From: Wickerhamiella versatilis
Lineage: Eukaryota
Direction: 5' to 3'
Length of the DNA stretch: 64,000 bases
Assembly (NCBI GenBank): GCA_030867685.1
Contig: JAQOWU010000003.1
Span: 186,001 to 250,000, forward strand
The translations under genes were made by a program, and so were the position numbers. This document shows positions 10,732-21,624 of the stretch, piece by piece (the first letter of the stretch is position 1; every line of letters begins with the position of its first letter). The notes beneath the pieces are model-generated. The model was given only the letters and a program-made list of their open reading frames with translations. It was not told the origin of the DNA and did not search any database.

Positions 10732-11763
10732 TTAAAATTTCAGCAGAACTTTCATGGAACTTCCTTTATCACTAGCCAATGTAAATGCATGCAACGCCTC
10801 TTTCACCGGAAAAACTTTGGTTAGCAGCGGCGAAACATCAAAATCATCACGTGACAATGTTGCTACCGCCTCTTCAAACTCCCCTATATACCTGAACGAC
10901 CCCCGTAGCGTAATCTCTTTAGAAACAAGCATCGCCAGGGACACTTTTGCCTCGCCGATTCCGATCTGGACGATAGTGCCACGCGGCCGGACCGTATTTA
11001 GTGCATTTGACAGTCCCGCGCTACTTCCTGAGCACTCGAGGGCTACGTCGAAGTGACCCTTGTTTTCGGTGTAACGCTCTAATGCATGAGGGGTTTTCTT
11101 GAGGTTGATCACCTCGGATGCGCCTATTCCTGATACCTTGGCCAAAGGAGCATCCAGCAGGTCTGTCACGACAATCTCTCGCGCACCAGCCAATCGCACT
11201 ACCATGGTAGTTAATGCACCAATTGGACCAGCTCCAGATATTAGAACTCTCCGGTTCAGTAGATCTCCGGCTTGTTTGGCAGCATGTAAGCACACTGCGA
11301 GAGGCTCGGCAAATGTGGCGTGTTCGAAGCTGAGCTTGGCCGGCAGAGATACCAATTGCGATGCTTCACATACCAATAATTCACGAAATGCTCCCTGCAC
11401 GTGTGGGTACCGCATGGCGCTTCCGTAGAACCTCATATCCAGGGCGTGATTTATCAGTCCCTCACGGGTATAGCAGCATGGGCTAGGCACATTTCCAGGA
11501 TTTACTGCTACACGATCACCAATACTGACACCAGTAACGCCATCACCCAATGCTATGACTTCACCGGAAATCTCATGGCCTAAAATCATAGGTTCTCGGA
11601 CAATTACATTACCGAATCCGCCACGGGAATAATAGTGGAGATCAGATCCACAAATCCCACCATTATGCACCCGTATCTCAACCTGGCCAGGCCCGACACT
11701 GGTTGGAGCTTCATAGTTGTCGACGCTAAGCTGGTGTGGAGGATGGATGGTAACTGCTTTCAT
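10732..11763 (-). CDS. idnD: L-idonate 5-dehydrogenase (MDR family), bacterial-like; alternative ATG at 11814
   Basis: GGICGSDLHYY..GGFG...REPMILGHE, MRFYGSAMRYPHVQGAFRE, FAEPLAVCLHA, GAGPIG, KEITLRGSFRY, MKVLLKF: characteristic IdnD segments. Confidence 0.85.
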   Translation of the reverse strand: MKAVTIHPPHQLSVDNYEAPTSVGPGQVEIRVHNGGICGSDLHYYSRGGFGNVIVREPMILGHEISGEVIALGDGVTGVSIGDRVAVNPGNVPSPCCYTREGLINHALDMRFYGSAMRYPHVQGAFRELLVCEASQLVSLPAKLSFEHATFAEPLAVCLHAAKQAGDLLNRRVLISGAGPIGALTTMVVRLAGAREIVVTDLLDAPLAKVSGIGASEVINLKKTPHALERYTENKGHFDVALECSGSSAGLSNALNTVRPRGTIVQIGIGEAKVSLAMLVSKEITLRGSFRYIGEFEEAVATLSRDDFDVSPLLTKVFPVKEALHAFTLASDKGSSMKVLLKF

Positions 11764-12108
11764 TATCAGGCAATTGCTCTTAGTAATGTTTTGTTGGAGT
11801 AGGCTGCATCGCATTGTAAAATGACCTTAACTGATTTATGTAATCTCGATATTACCGATATTCTGCATTTGGATTATCGGCAATTTTTGCAGCAGTCTTA
11901 ATTTTATATCTGTAAACTGATTTGTCCGTCATCTAACAAGTGGTAATAACACTATTGAGATCTATCGCGTGGCATGGTACTGGCTGTTATCTAGCTGACA
12001 ACGCACAGTATTGTCGAAGAGGTGCAAAATAGGGATCATAATAACCTTTATGCAATGGAATATAACCACGGACACCTTAAAGCAATGAAGCCTGTGGCAA
12101 GAGCAAGA

Positions 12109-12891
12109 CTAGACAACACTTGTTAAGCCTCCGTCCACCAGCATCACCTGTCCATTGACAAACGACGAGGCCTTACTCGAGAAAAAGACTGCCGCGCCCA
12201 CCAGCTCCTCAATGTTGCCCCATCTTCTAGCCGGTGTACGCTTGCATAACCAGCTGCTAAAGTCATGATCATTCACAAGTGCCTGGTTCATTTCTGTAGC
12301 AAAATAGCCAGGGGCTATACCGTTTACTTGGATATTATAGCCTGCCCAGTCGGCACACATTCCTTTGGTTAGCATCTTCACTCCGCCTTTAGTCGCAGCG
12401 TATGGCGCAATGGTCGCGCGACCTAACTCACTTTGCACAGAACAGATATTAATTATCTTGCCCGCCTGTCTTTCAATCATTCCCGGTACTACTGCTTTAG
12501 TTACATGGAACACACTGCTCAAATTGGTGTTCACTACCATATTCCAGTCGTCATCCCCGAACTGTTCGAGAGGAGCACGTCGCTGAATTCCCGCATTATT
12601 GACAAGAATATCAATTGGCCCCATACTAGCGACAGCCGCCACACCATTCTTAACAGATACCGGGTCAGTGACGTCGAAAACGGCTGTTTCGGTTCGGATG
12701 CCTTGATCCCTGAGTAATTTTGCTGCCGCTTCAAGCTTTGCGGTACTTCGCCCATTGATAACTATGCTTGCCCCTGCCTTGCCCAATCCTGATGCTAACT
12801 CAAACCCAATTCCTTGGCTTGCTCCTGTTATCATGGCGCGTTTACCTTGGAGACTGAACAGTTCAAGTGCAGGTGAAATGGGCGTCTCCAT
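12109..12891 (-). CDS. idnO: Gluconate 5-dehydrogenase (5-keto-D-gluconate reductase, SDR), bacterial-like
   Basis: LFSLQGKRAMITGASQGIG, NNAGIQRRAPL, KIINICSVQSELGR.TIAPYAATKGGVKMLTKGMC.DWA, WLCKRTPARRWG, DGGLTSVV. Confidence 0.9.
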   Translation of the reverse strand: METPISPALELFSLQGKRAMITGASQGIGFELASGLGKAGASIVINGRSTAKLEAAAKLLRDQGIRTETAVFDVTDPVSVKNGVAAVASMGPIDILVNNAGIQRRAPLEQFGDDDWNMVVNTNLSSVFHVTKAVVPGMIERQAGKIINICSVQSELGRATIAPYAATKGGVKMLTKGMCADWAGYNIQVNGIAPGYFATEMNQALVNDHDFSSWLCKRTPARRWGNIEELVGAAVFFSSKASSFVNGQVMLVDGGLTSVV

Positions 12892-13361
12892 ATCAATTTG
12901 GTTATGTAATCATGGGGAAATTACAACTGTTCAAGAATCGGCATTCAACATTTGAAGTATTTGTGGCTAAATAGTCTATACTCCATCATGAACGCTTAAT
13001 AGTTTGTATGATTGCTCACAAACCAGGCAACCGACGTAAAGATAGTGTTAGTGTTTTTTTTGTTTCCAGATCAGCTGCATTATCGACCCCAAAAGAATAG
13101 CATTTAAACACTACCCACTAGCACCTTCAAAATTGAAAATTTTATAGACATTCATACCCTCGAATTAGGAAAGAACATATCATTCTGGATTTGGTTTCCA
13201 TAAATTGATGAAGTCAATACGTGGCGGAATGATACACTCAAGAGTGTCTTGTGATTCAACAACGTAGTTATTTCTATCTTGCCGTTTTCACAGAGATACT
13301 AAATTGTAGCTAGGCGAGTAATTCACTGGTAAGAGTAAGACATGTTATGTAAGGTAGCGGG

Positions 13362-15026
13362 ATGAGCGGAACGGCGACGGAACGGCAGTCCCGGCAACGG
13401 CGACATCGACTGCCAAATAAAAAAGCCTGTGCTCGGTGTAGAAGGCTTAAAAGAAAGTGCGACGGACTTGTTCCCTGTAGTACTTGTGCACGCTTCCGGA
13501 CTTCCTGTTCCTTTTCATCTGAGGACGAACGGCATCACCAGGGAGTTCCCACTGATGAAGGCGGTGAGGTCTCTGGGAATATTGCAGAAAGCTATTTAGA
13601 CTCTGACCTGAGATCACGAGAAGAGCTCACAGAGGCGGCATCTGGACTCCTTTCTTTTCGCCGGTTAGCTCGTCGGGAGGATCCTCTTGGTCTTATCACA
13701 GGAAATGCTACCGCCTTCAACCTCAGAATAAACTCTTCAATTGCTCAAACAGCTGAACAAGAATTAGCGCCAATTGATATGCTGCTTGGCTCCCAAGATG
13801 CCAAGACACTTAGTCTGGTATATTTTCAAGCTGTAAACCCTGTGTTTGGAATTGTTTCTGTGGATGAATTCGATAAATATTTGTCTTTGGAATATGCAAT
13901 GGATGGTGGTGAAACGGCGGAGCAATACCAATTGATTCTCAGGAGCTATAGGCCTATCCTGTTTGGGGTATTGGCACTAGGATCTCTTTTCTCCAGAAAG
14001 CGGACAGATATCTTGCTGAGTTACCCACATACTCGTGATGAATTGGAACGGAAAGCTCTTGTCCAAGCAAAGTATCAGCTCGATAGTTCTGAACTTTCAA
14101 CCTTCTCAAAGCCAAATGCGCTTGCAGCATATTACGTTACAGGCCAGGTATTGAGACTGATATATCTTCGTGCCACGGCACCACCAGCTACAGCCTGGCT
14201 ATGCTGTTGTAAAGCCATGCATGCAGCGGAAATGGTGAATCTCCATGATGAGACAAAGTGGGACTCTATAGACCAAGATAAAAACCATCTCAGACACATA
14301 TTTTGGGCCTTGGAAGTTCTGAACAACTGGCTATCTCTAGAAGTTGGTTGTAGTAAAGTTTATCTAGCTTTCATTCGATGCGAGTACCCCAAAGCAAAAG
14401 ATAGCAATGATTTCACCCCGGCACTGGTCGATCTTTATCACAAAACTAGGGATATCTTTTTCTTGGGTGAAAGTGGATTGAATATTGTCCTGGAGAGCCT
14501 GAAAAACCTGATGAATTATCAACCACCCCACCCAGAGCTATCACTGGACCGCAGCTATTCGGCAATAATCATTTTTCGTCGCTTGAGGCTGGTATATAAT
14601 AATGACCATGTTATTAAAGACTTGGTAGCTATTGCTTGTGATGCTCTTCACGCATGTCGCGAACTCGCAAAGGCAGGGTGTCCCTGGTGGCATGTAGCTA
14701 ACGTGCCATTTCAGCTCCTTGCAATGATTATAATGATCGACAAGGGTGAATTCTCCAATATCATTGCGGAAATTCTTCATACTATGGCAATCATCGCGAA
14801 AGAATTTGGCACGAAAGAAACATCTGATATGCTTTCCACGGCTAAAAACCTATTGCGCCTTTTTGCTCAACGTAAAGAGAACGATGCTTCTGCTATTTAT
14901 GCTAATATTGCTGATATTGAGGGAACAGATCATTTGGATCCTGAGTTGGTAGCCCATTCGACTGAAACTGACTTGCTTTCCTCGGCATTAGATATTATTA
15001 TGAACAGAGGACTCTTTCCCTTGTAA
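13362..15026 (+). CDS. Zn2Cys6 transcription factor (Rdr1-like)
   Basis: CARCRRLKRKCDGLVPCSTCARFRTSC binuclear cluster; fungal TF middle region; CPWWHVANVPFQ. Confidence 0.88.
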   Translation: MSGTATERQSRQRRHRLPNKKACARCRRLKRKCDGLVPCSTCARFRTSCSFSSEDERHHQGVPTDEGGEVSGNIAESYLDSDLRSREELTEAASGLLSFRRLARREDPLGLITGNATAFNLRINSSIAQTAEQELAPIDMLLGSQDAKTLSLVYFQAVNPVFGIVSVDEFDKYLSLEYAMDGGETAEQYQLILRSYRPILFGVLALGSLFSRKRTDILLSYPHTRDELERKALVQAKYQLDSSELSTFSKPNALAAYYVTGQVLRLIYLRATAPPATAWLCCCKAMHAAEMVNLHDETKWDSIDQDKNHLRHIFWALEVLNNWLSLEVGCSKVYLAFIRCEYPKAKDSNDFTPALVDLYHKTRDIFFLGESGLNIVLESLKNLMNYQPPHPELSLDRSYSAIIIFRRLRLVYNNDHVIKDLVAIACDALHACRELAKAGCPWWHVANVPFQLLAMIIMIDKGEFSNIIAEILHTMAIIAKEFGTKETSDMLSTAKNLLRLFAQRKENDASAIYANIADIEGTDHLDPELVAHSTETDLLSSALDIIMNRGLFPL

Positions 15027-15193
15027 GAAAAGAGTGAAGCACAGTTCTGCCAGTCATTTTCTATTCCTCCTCCTGTTTCACCTTTTTTCTGCTCCGTTCC
15101 GCTCCGTTCCGCTTCTCTGCGGAAATGTTATTATGATTAACGTTGAGGGAAACCAGATAAGGGCCAAACCTGCCTCTGGCCTATATTCCGGTG

Positions 15194-16668
15194 ATGATAT
15201 CCCTAGAAAAATTGTTTATCTTATTTGAAAGGCGAAAGCTTCTCATGATAGTAGGCAGGGAAAACATGCTAGAGCCGCAGAAATGGGGCTTGCCCGCCAA
15301 AGCTTGGACTACGTTCTTGATGTGCACAAACTGCTTTATAGTATACATGGGTGCATCTATATACTCACCTTCGATTCCAGCTGTACAAGAACAGTTCCAT
15401 GTTTCCCGCTTAGTCGCAGGTCTTCCCTTCTCTTTATACGCAGCAGGGTTCGGAATTGGGCCCCTAATTTATACTTCAATCTGTGAAATGCCTAGGGTTG
15501 GTCGAAATCTTCCTTATATTCTCAGTTTTATTGCATTCCTGTGCTTTTCATATCCAGCCGCTGTAGCTCCCGATTTTCGCACGTTAGTATGTCTACGCTT
15601 TTTTCAAAGTTTTCTGGGATCATTTTCACTAGCAGCAGGGGGGAGCACATTAGCTGACTTGTTCTCCCACAGCAATTTGCCCTACGTGATTTGCTTATGG
15701 GCATCTTTTTTCTGGGCTGGCCCTGCTGTAGGTCCATTAGTGGCGTATCTCAGTATTCCTGATACTGGATGGCGATGGAGCTTGTGGGAGACAGCATGGG
15801 CTGCGAGTCCAGTGCTTCTACTAATTGTCTTTACACAACCCGAGACTAGCAAGGAGACACTAGTATTACGCTATGGAACTGGGGGAGATTTTAGTGAAAA
15901 GGATAACCCCGAAGATAATAATCTTGGGGACAAATCCTCAAGTATAAGTATTTGTCAATTTTTTTTCGCCCAGTCGAAATATTTATATCTGACCCATCGG
16001 TTCTCTACGCTGATGTTTATATGTCTCTTTGTTACTCGATTTATTTCTCTTTTTTTGAGGCATTCCCTATCGTATTCGAGCATCATTATGACTTCTCCAC
16101 TCAGCACGTGGGGCTTGCTTTTCTAGTGATCCCTGTAGGTATATCTTTGGGCCATTTGACTTTTGTCATTTACTACCGTTTGAGCTTGCTTCCCCGTGGA
16201 CGGGAAAACAAAAGTTCACCTGAGTCCGTACTTGATGCTTCGCTCATCACATTACTTTTGATTCCCGCAGGTTTATTTATTTTTGCATTTACTTCGAAGC
16301 CCAAAATTCATTGGGTTGTTCCTCTCATCGGCGTGGTACTCTATTTGATAGGGGTATACTGCCTTAATCAAGCGATTTTAAGCTATCTTGCACAATCTCA
16401 TACTGAATATTCGGGCTCAGTATTTGCAATGAATCAGTTTTTAAGATCGTTATTTGCATTTGGACAGGTTCTTGTCGCAGTACCACTTTATAAAAACCTA
16501 GGCGTTGAGAAGGGTGTCTGCGTCCTAGGAGCACTTACTGCTGGTCTCTCTCCTGGTATGCTGGTGCTCAGAGTATGGGGACCTAAGCTAAGATCCATGT
16601 CTCGTTTTTCACAAGCCGAAAAAACTAATCATAGCTCGAAAGCAGTTAATCAACAAGGCCTTTGCTAA
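15194..16668 (+). pseudogene. MFS drug:H+ antiporter (DHA1) split into two frames at a T8 run (frameshifted gene, pseudogene or assembly error)
   Basis: ORF 15191-16126 gives the N-half (GRN.PY, LRFFQSFLGS, GWRW, PETS) and ORF 15952-16668 the C-half (RP.EI..DP, FFEAFP, HWVVP, RSLFAF); one extra T at 15959-15966 joins them. Confidence 0.75.
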
Positions 16669-16895
16669 ATAAACCCAAAAAATCTTACAACATCGTACTC
16701 TAAGTGATAGTTCTTTTTGTCCCCAAAAATATTGATTTCATATATACTCTCGGTAAAATGATTCCGCCTCCGAATGCTGAAAAATTACTATCGTAATCTG
16801 GATGAGATCAGATAGATGGAAGCAAGATCTGTTATGTAATACGCTGCAAACTTTTTCGCATCTGTGATCCAAGATATCATCAATCTATTTCATCG

Positions 16896-18731
16896 ATGGG
16901 ACTCACTACCGGCTTGAAAAATCAGATCTTTAGCAGGCGGGCTGCACTGAGTGCAGAAGGCACTATTATCAAAAACGATGATTTTAGCTCTTCATCTGAC
17001 CAGGGTGCAGAAAATAAGCAGGATACGGTAGACTCGAACAACCTGGAGTTTTTACAAGATGCGGACGTGAGGAAACATCCGGACCAGGTGACACAATCTG
17101 CCAGTGCAGGTGTTCAGAAGATCGAGGCAGCGTCTATTGTGTGGCCAAAAAAGATGGTATACGCTGTCTACGCATATATTTGGGTTTGCTTCTTTGTACT
17201 GGCACTTCAAGAGATTATCAACAGTAATCTTATGAATTATGTTTATTCTGATTTTGCAGAATCTGCGCTAATTTCTACAGCTGGAATACTTTCAAGCACC
17301 ATAGGTGGTCCAATGAAGCTTATTGCAGGTAAACTTGTGAATACAGTTGGAAGAGCTGAAGGGCTAGCCGTATTCCTTGTGATATATGTTGTGGGAATTA
17401 TTGTTCTCGCTGCCTCTAATGGACCAAGTAGCTATGCAGCAGGCTATACTCTCTTCTTCATTGGCTACGATGCAATTTACCTTATCTTGGATATCTTTGT
17501 CGCCGATACATCAGGGCTTCGGAACCGAGCATTTACATTTGCATTCGCTAGTACACCTTTCATTTGTACGGCTTTCACCGGGAGCCTCGCAGCACAGTCA
17601 TTTGTCGAAACTTCTGGCTGGCGCTGGGGATACGGTACGTTCGCTATCGTTATGCCTTTTCTGTTTCTTCCGTTGATGGTAGTATTCAAGCTCTATGAGA
17701 AAAAAGCAGAAAAAATGGGTTTAGTAACACGTGAAAAACATGGTCGTACTATTTTCCAGTCAATTGTATTCCATGTCCATGAATTTGATGTAGTCGGCGC
17801 TCTGTTGTTGATTGCAGCATTCGTGCTCATCCTCTTGCCTTTCGGACTCACTAAAAGTGGTGATGATGAATACAGCAGTGCTACGTTTATAGCAATGATC
17901 GTGGTAGGCTTCTGTCTGTTTCCTGTATTCTATCTCTGGGAGAGATTTGGCGCTCGCACCCATTTCGTTCGCTGGCAATTGTTCCGAGATCGCACGGTAG
18001 TTGGTGCCTGTGTACTGGCTCTAATAACAAATCTAAGCTTTTACTGCTGGGACTACTACTACTATTATTTTATTCAGGTTGTATATGACCTGCCAATTAA
18101 ATATACTGGGTACATGACAGAGATATATACCGTTGGTTCGTGTATTTGGGGTCCTATCTTTGGTATATACGTCCGTCTTACCAACGAATTCAAGTATTCA
18201 AGCCTGTTTTTTGCACTACCCCTTGAAATGCTCGGGGCTGGTCTTTTATGCCATTTTCGTGGACAAGGTGGAAGCCTCAATTATGTTATAATGTGTCAAA
18301 TTTTTATTGCTTTTGGCGGCGGTCAACTAGTGATTTCGCAGCAGATGGCAGCTATGAGTGCTGTGGACCACGAGGGTGTCGCAATGGTGCTTGCTCTAGT
18401 GAGTCTGTTCACTAGTGTAGGTTCATCGATTGGTTACGCTGTTGCAGCGGCTATTATGAATAATGTCATGCCAAAGAAGCTACACGAGAAGCTCCCAGAT
18501 AATCTCAAAAGCCAGTATATGAAAATCTATCTACTAGGTGGTGCAAAGCAAATGCAAGAATATCCTGTTGGCACTGCTGCCCGTGATGCAATCAACGCAT
18601 CCTACAGCGAAGGTCAGCTATGGGGTGGTGTTGCTGCTACATGTCTATTAGTGGTTGGGATCCCTGCTATCGCAGTTTGGAGGCATTATAATGTGGCTCA
18701 GCTGAAGCAGAATAAGGGAAGCGTGATCTAG
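16896..18731 (+). CDS. Siderophore-iron transporter (SIT/ARN, MirB-like MFS)
   Basis: 611 aa, about 14 TM; AGVQKIEAA..VW, GRAEG, FVADTSGLRNRAF, GWRWGYG.FAI..P, QNKG.V C-terminus. Confidence 0.88.
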   Translation: MGLTTGLKNQIFSRRAALSAEGTIIKNDDFSSSSDQGAENKQDTVDSNNLEFLQDADVRKHPDQVTQSASAGVQKIEAASIVWPKKMVYAVYAYIWVCFFVLALQEIINSNLMNYVYSDFAESALISTAGILSSTIGGPMKLIAGKLVNTVGRAEGLAVFLVIYVVGIIVLAASNGPSSYAAGYTLFFIGYDAIYLILDIFVADTSGLRNRAFTFAFASTPFICTAFTGSLAAQSFVETSGWRWGYGTFAIVMPFLFLPLMVVFKLYEKKAEKMGLVTREKHGRTIFQSIVFHVHEFDVVGALLLIAAFVLILLPFGLTKSGDDEYSSATFIAMIVVGFCLFPVFYLWERFGARTHFVRWQLFRDRTVVGACVLALITNLSFYCWDYYYYYFIQVVYDLPIKYTGYMTEIYTVGSCIWGPIFGIYVRLTNEFKYSSLFFALPLEMLGAGLLCHFRGQGGSLNYVIMCQIFIAFGGGQLVISQQMAAMSAVDHEGVAMVLALVSLFTSVGSSIGYAVAAAIMNNVMPKKLHEKLPDNLKSQYMKIYLLGGAKQMQEYPVGTAARDAINASYSEGQLWGGVAATCLLVVGIPAIAVWRHYNVAQLKQNKGSVI

Positions 18732-18933
18732 GTCTTTTGATATCTTAATTTACTCTATTATAACGTGAACATATGCTATTTCGTTCCTTTTTAGAATTCC
18801 TTACATACAAATATTGTCAACTTCGTAACTAGAAACTTTTTCCGTATATATATGGACAAGGTATAACATATACCACTTGCGTTATATGGGTTCAAGAGAA
18901 ATGAAACAATCAATTTACAATAAGCAAAGAAAT

Positions 18934-20400
18934 TCAACGCAAATTACTGGCATATGGATCTTTTTGTCGGATTTGGGGTCCATATAGATAGAATAACCAT
19001 GGAATTGGGGCGGCAGCAATAGTCACAAATCCTACGACTGAAGACGCCCAGCCAGGACCTAGAGAGTTATACATTTGGCGGGCAAACAATGGAAATACGC
19101 CAGCACAAATACTACGAAGAGCGGTGTTGGCTGCAATAGCACTTGCCGAAAACTTTGTGTAAGCATCAACAATGTAAACGATAGCACCTTGAATCACAAC
19201 AGCCAAACCTATACCAGTTAGTGCAAGCCCCACTGTGGGTACAAGCCAATGTATGGCAGTTCTCATGCTCCAACCGTATAAGAAGGCACCAACAGGCATT
19301 ATCCATCCCGCAATCATCATTGGGATTAGTCGATCCTCTGGAGAAGCTACCCCTTTGCCAGAAAGCCTCGCATAGCGCGATGACCCATAGATATTCACTA
19401 ATCCTCCACATATTGCGCCGACAAGTATTGCAATTAAGGAACAGTGAGAGGATACCAATCCCCATCCATAAAACTTTGCATAGTTTTGGCCTGCACTGGT
19501 AATTATTAAAAACAAAACACCATAAACAAAAGAAGAATATATTACCATTAAGAATACAATTGGCGTAGCAAACATAAGCACAGGTCGCATCAAGTGAATT
19601 TGAAGAAATTCTCGTATATCGAATGACCACTCTTCGTGTTTTGCGTGAACACCCCACATACCAGTCTGTAAACGCCGCTGCTTCACATATCTAGCTTCTA
19701 TCACAGGGACATAGCTCTCAGAGCATAAACATAAATTAACAATTGGTAAAATGAGTTGTAGCAATCCACTCAGCCAGCAAGTCCATCGCCATCCATATTT
19801 GCCTGTCTCCACTAGTAGCGCACCAAATGTTGGCGATATTGAAGATCCAGCAATTATAACGGTTGCATAAAGTACCATTGCAGCTGCTCTCTCATTAGCA
19901 TGCCACAAATCTGCCATTGCCCCACCGCTACTAACCACAGGCGCTGCGCTGAACAGTCCGGCAAGAAAGCGAAAAACCAAAGCTGCCCATATACTAGTCA
20001 CATTGGCAGTAACACATATAAACACCCCACCAATGAAGCATGGCACAAATACCGCCAATTTTCTTCCAAAAATTTCACTCATAGGTGCAAACAGAAAAGG
20101 TCCCACGACTTGGCCAAGTAGAAAGCATCCAAACACAAGAGTTGGCACCTCAGCATCAACATGAAACTGATGGGAGAGTTGTTCAATTGCTGGTGAAATA
20201 ATTGACGCTGAAAATTGAGCAGAAAAGGCAGTACAGGCATATGCAAGGGTGTGTGCAATTTTCTTGAAAAAAGACCAGCTGCGCGGATTCTGGGAATCCT
20301 TTTCAGGAAGTGTAATGATACCACCCGTTACAACTTTCTCGACGAGACTCATATTCTCATCAGGGCTGATAGAATCAAGCTTATTCTCCTCAGCCATCAT
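18934..20400 (-). CDS. MFS DHA1 multidrug/polyamine transporter (Tpo-like)
   Basis: D.QNPRSWS..KK, APMSEIFGRK, RFLAGLF, GWRW, ESYVP, PEDRL, SASAIAANT..RS. Confidence 0.88.
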   Translation of the reverse strand: MMAEENKLDSISPDENMSLVEKVVTGGIITLPEKDSQNPRSWSFFKKIAHTLAYACTAFSAQFSASIISPAIEQLSHQFHVDAEVPTLVFGCFLLGQVVGPFLFAPMSEIFGRKLAVFVPCFIGGVFICVTANVTSIWAALVFRFLAGLFSAAPVVSSGGAMADLWHANERAAAMVLYATVIIAGSSISPTFGALLVETGKYGWRWTCWLSGLLQLILPIVNLCLCSESYVPVIEARYVKQRRLQTGMWGVHAKHEEWSFDIREFLQIHLMRPVLMFATPIVFLMVIYSSFVYGVLFLIITSAGQNYAKFYGWGLVSSHCSLIAILVGAICGGLVNIYGSSRYARLSGKGVASPEDRLIPMMIAGWIMPVGAFLYGWSMRTAIHWLVPTVGLALTGIGLAVVIQGAIVYIVDAYTKFSASAIAANTALRSICAGVFPLFARQMYNSLGPGWASSVVGFVTIAAAPIPWLFYLYGPQIRQKDPYASNLR

Positions 20401-20952
20401 TCAACCCCGCACGGTAGACTAGTAACCTAGACAATTAATAATAACTAGTGCTTGCCTAATAACCTAAATCAAAATTTAATACTGATAAGTCGTATTGACA
20501 GCTTTACTTGCTTTGGCCAAGTTCACTTGATCGATAGACTATTGGGAAAGTATTCACGGTCATGCACTCATGGGTATTTTGCTATTCAAAAAGACTTTTA
20601 ACAAGTTATGCATAAAATCAGCAGAATTTCTTGATTAGTTTCGTATACAAGTTTGGTTTAGTCCTTGATTGAATGTGCCGTAAAGTCATCTCTCGACGAA
20701 AATTTCGTTTCGGAATCTGTATCCAATCCTAGGTTGAAAACGTCATGCATAATTCGGTTTACTATACATTGAGAACATTTGCATTGAGACAGAAACTATA
20801 AATTCCGACCATAATTGCCACCCCAGTGACATTGGTTAGGCTATTTCATTGATCGAAACACTTCTCTTTCAGCTGTTGCTATCAGGTGTATTAATAAGCC
20901 CTTCTATTCTCCCTCAACTTCTTGGTTTTCGAGCACTGTGGATCGTGCTCAA

Positions 20953-21624
20953 ATGGCTGCAGAAGTCTTAGATGGCAAAACAGATATGACAGACCTCATA
21001 TCTTGGGCTCGGAATAATCTTCAAGGTATTGAGGGTGTCGATGATGAGAACTATACTCGCATGATCAGCGGTCAAAGTTTTGACCCTTGGAAGCCAAACC
21101 TGGTTCATGCACGCCTAAGAGCAAGTGAAGCCTCTGTCAGACTCTATAAACTCAAACTCGAAGATTTTCCTGGACCGCTTCAATTCTTTCAGGGACGTCA
21201 AAAGGCCGCTATGGACATGCTAGGCAAGTCATCCAAAGGGCTAACTGTTGAGCCATTTCAAGTTGAATATGGTTTCAATATCAGTGCAGGGGAGAATTTT
21301 TATGCTAACAGTGATGTAAAGCTGTTGGATAGCTCCCTAATCCGGTTTGGAGACGATTGTGATATAGGACCGGGGGTCACCCTTTGTACTGAACGGCATG
21401 TTGCAGAGCTTAAAGGCTATGACGAAAGTGATAAGTCTATAATAGCATTGCCCATCACTATAGGCAATCGCGTATGGATGGGGGCCAATGCGCTAGTACT
21501 TGGTGGTGTGACCGTCGGAGATAGTACGGTGATAGCCGCAGGTGCAGTCGTCACAGAAGATGTGCCCAGTAATGTAGTTTATGGTGGATATCCTGCAAGA
21601 GTGTTGCGTAATATTGATAACTGA
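20953..21624 (+). CDS. Left-handed beta-helix O-acetyltransferase (maltose/galactoside family), resembling the sophorolipid acetyltransferase At
   Basis: EYGFNISAGENFYAN, IGPGV, PITIGNRVWMGANALVLGGVTVGDSTVIAAGAVVTEDVP.NVVYGGYPARV hexapeptide repeats; N-terminal SWARNNL...ENY.RMISG. Confidence 0.85.
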   Translation: MAAEVLDGKTDMTDLISWARNNLQGIEGVDDENYTRMISGQSFDPWKPNLVHARLRASEASVRLYKLKLEDFPGPLQFFQGRQKAAMDMLGKSSKGLTVEPFQVEYGFNISAGENFYANSDVKLLDSSLIRFGDDCDIGPGVTLCTERHVAELKGYDESDKSIIALPITIGNRVWMGANALVLGGVTVGDSTVIAAGAVVTEDVPSNVVYGGYPARVLRNIDN

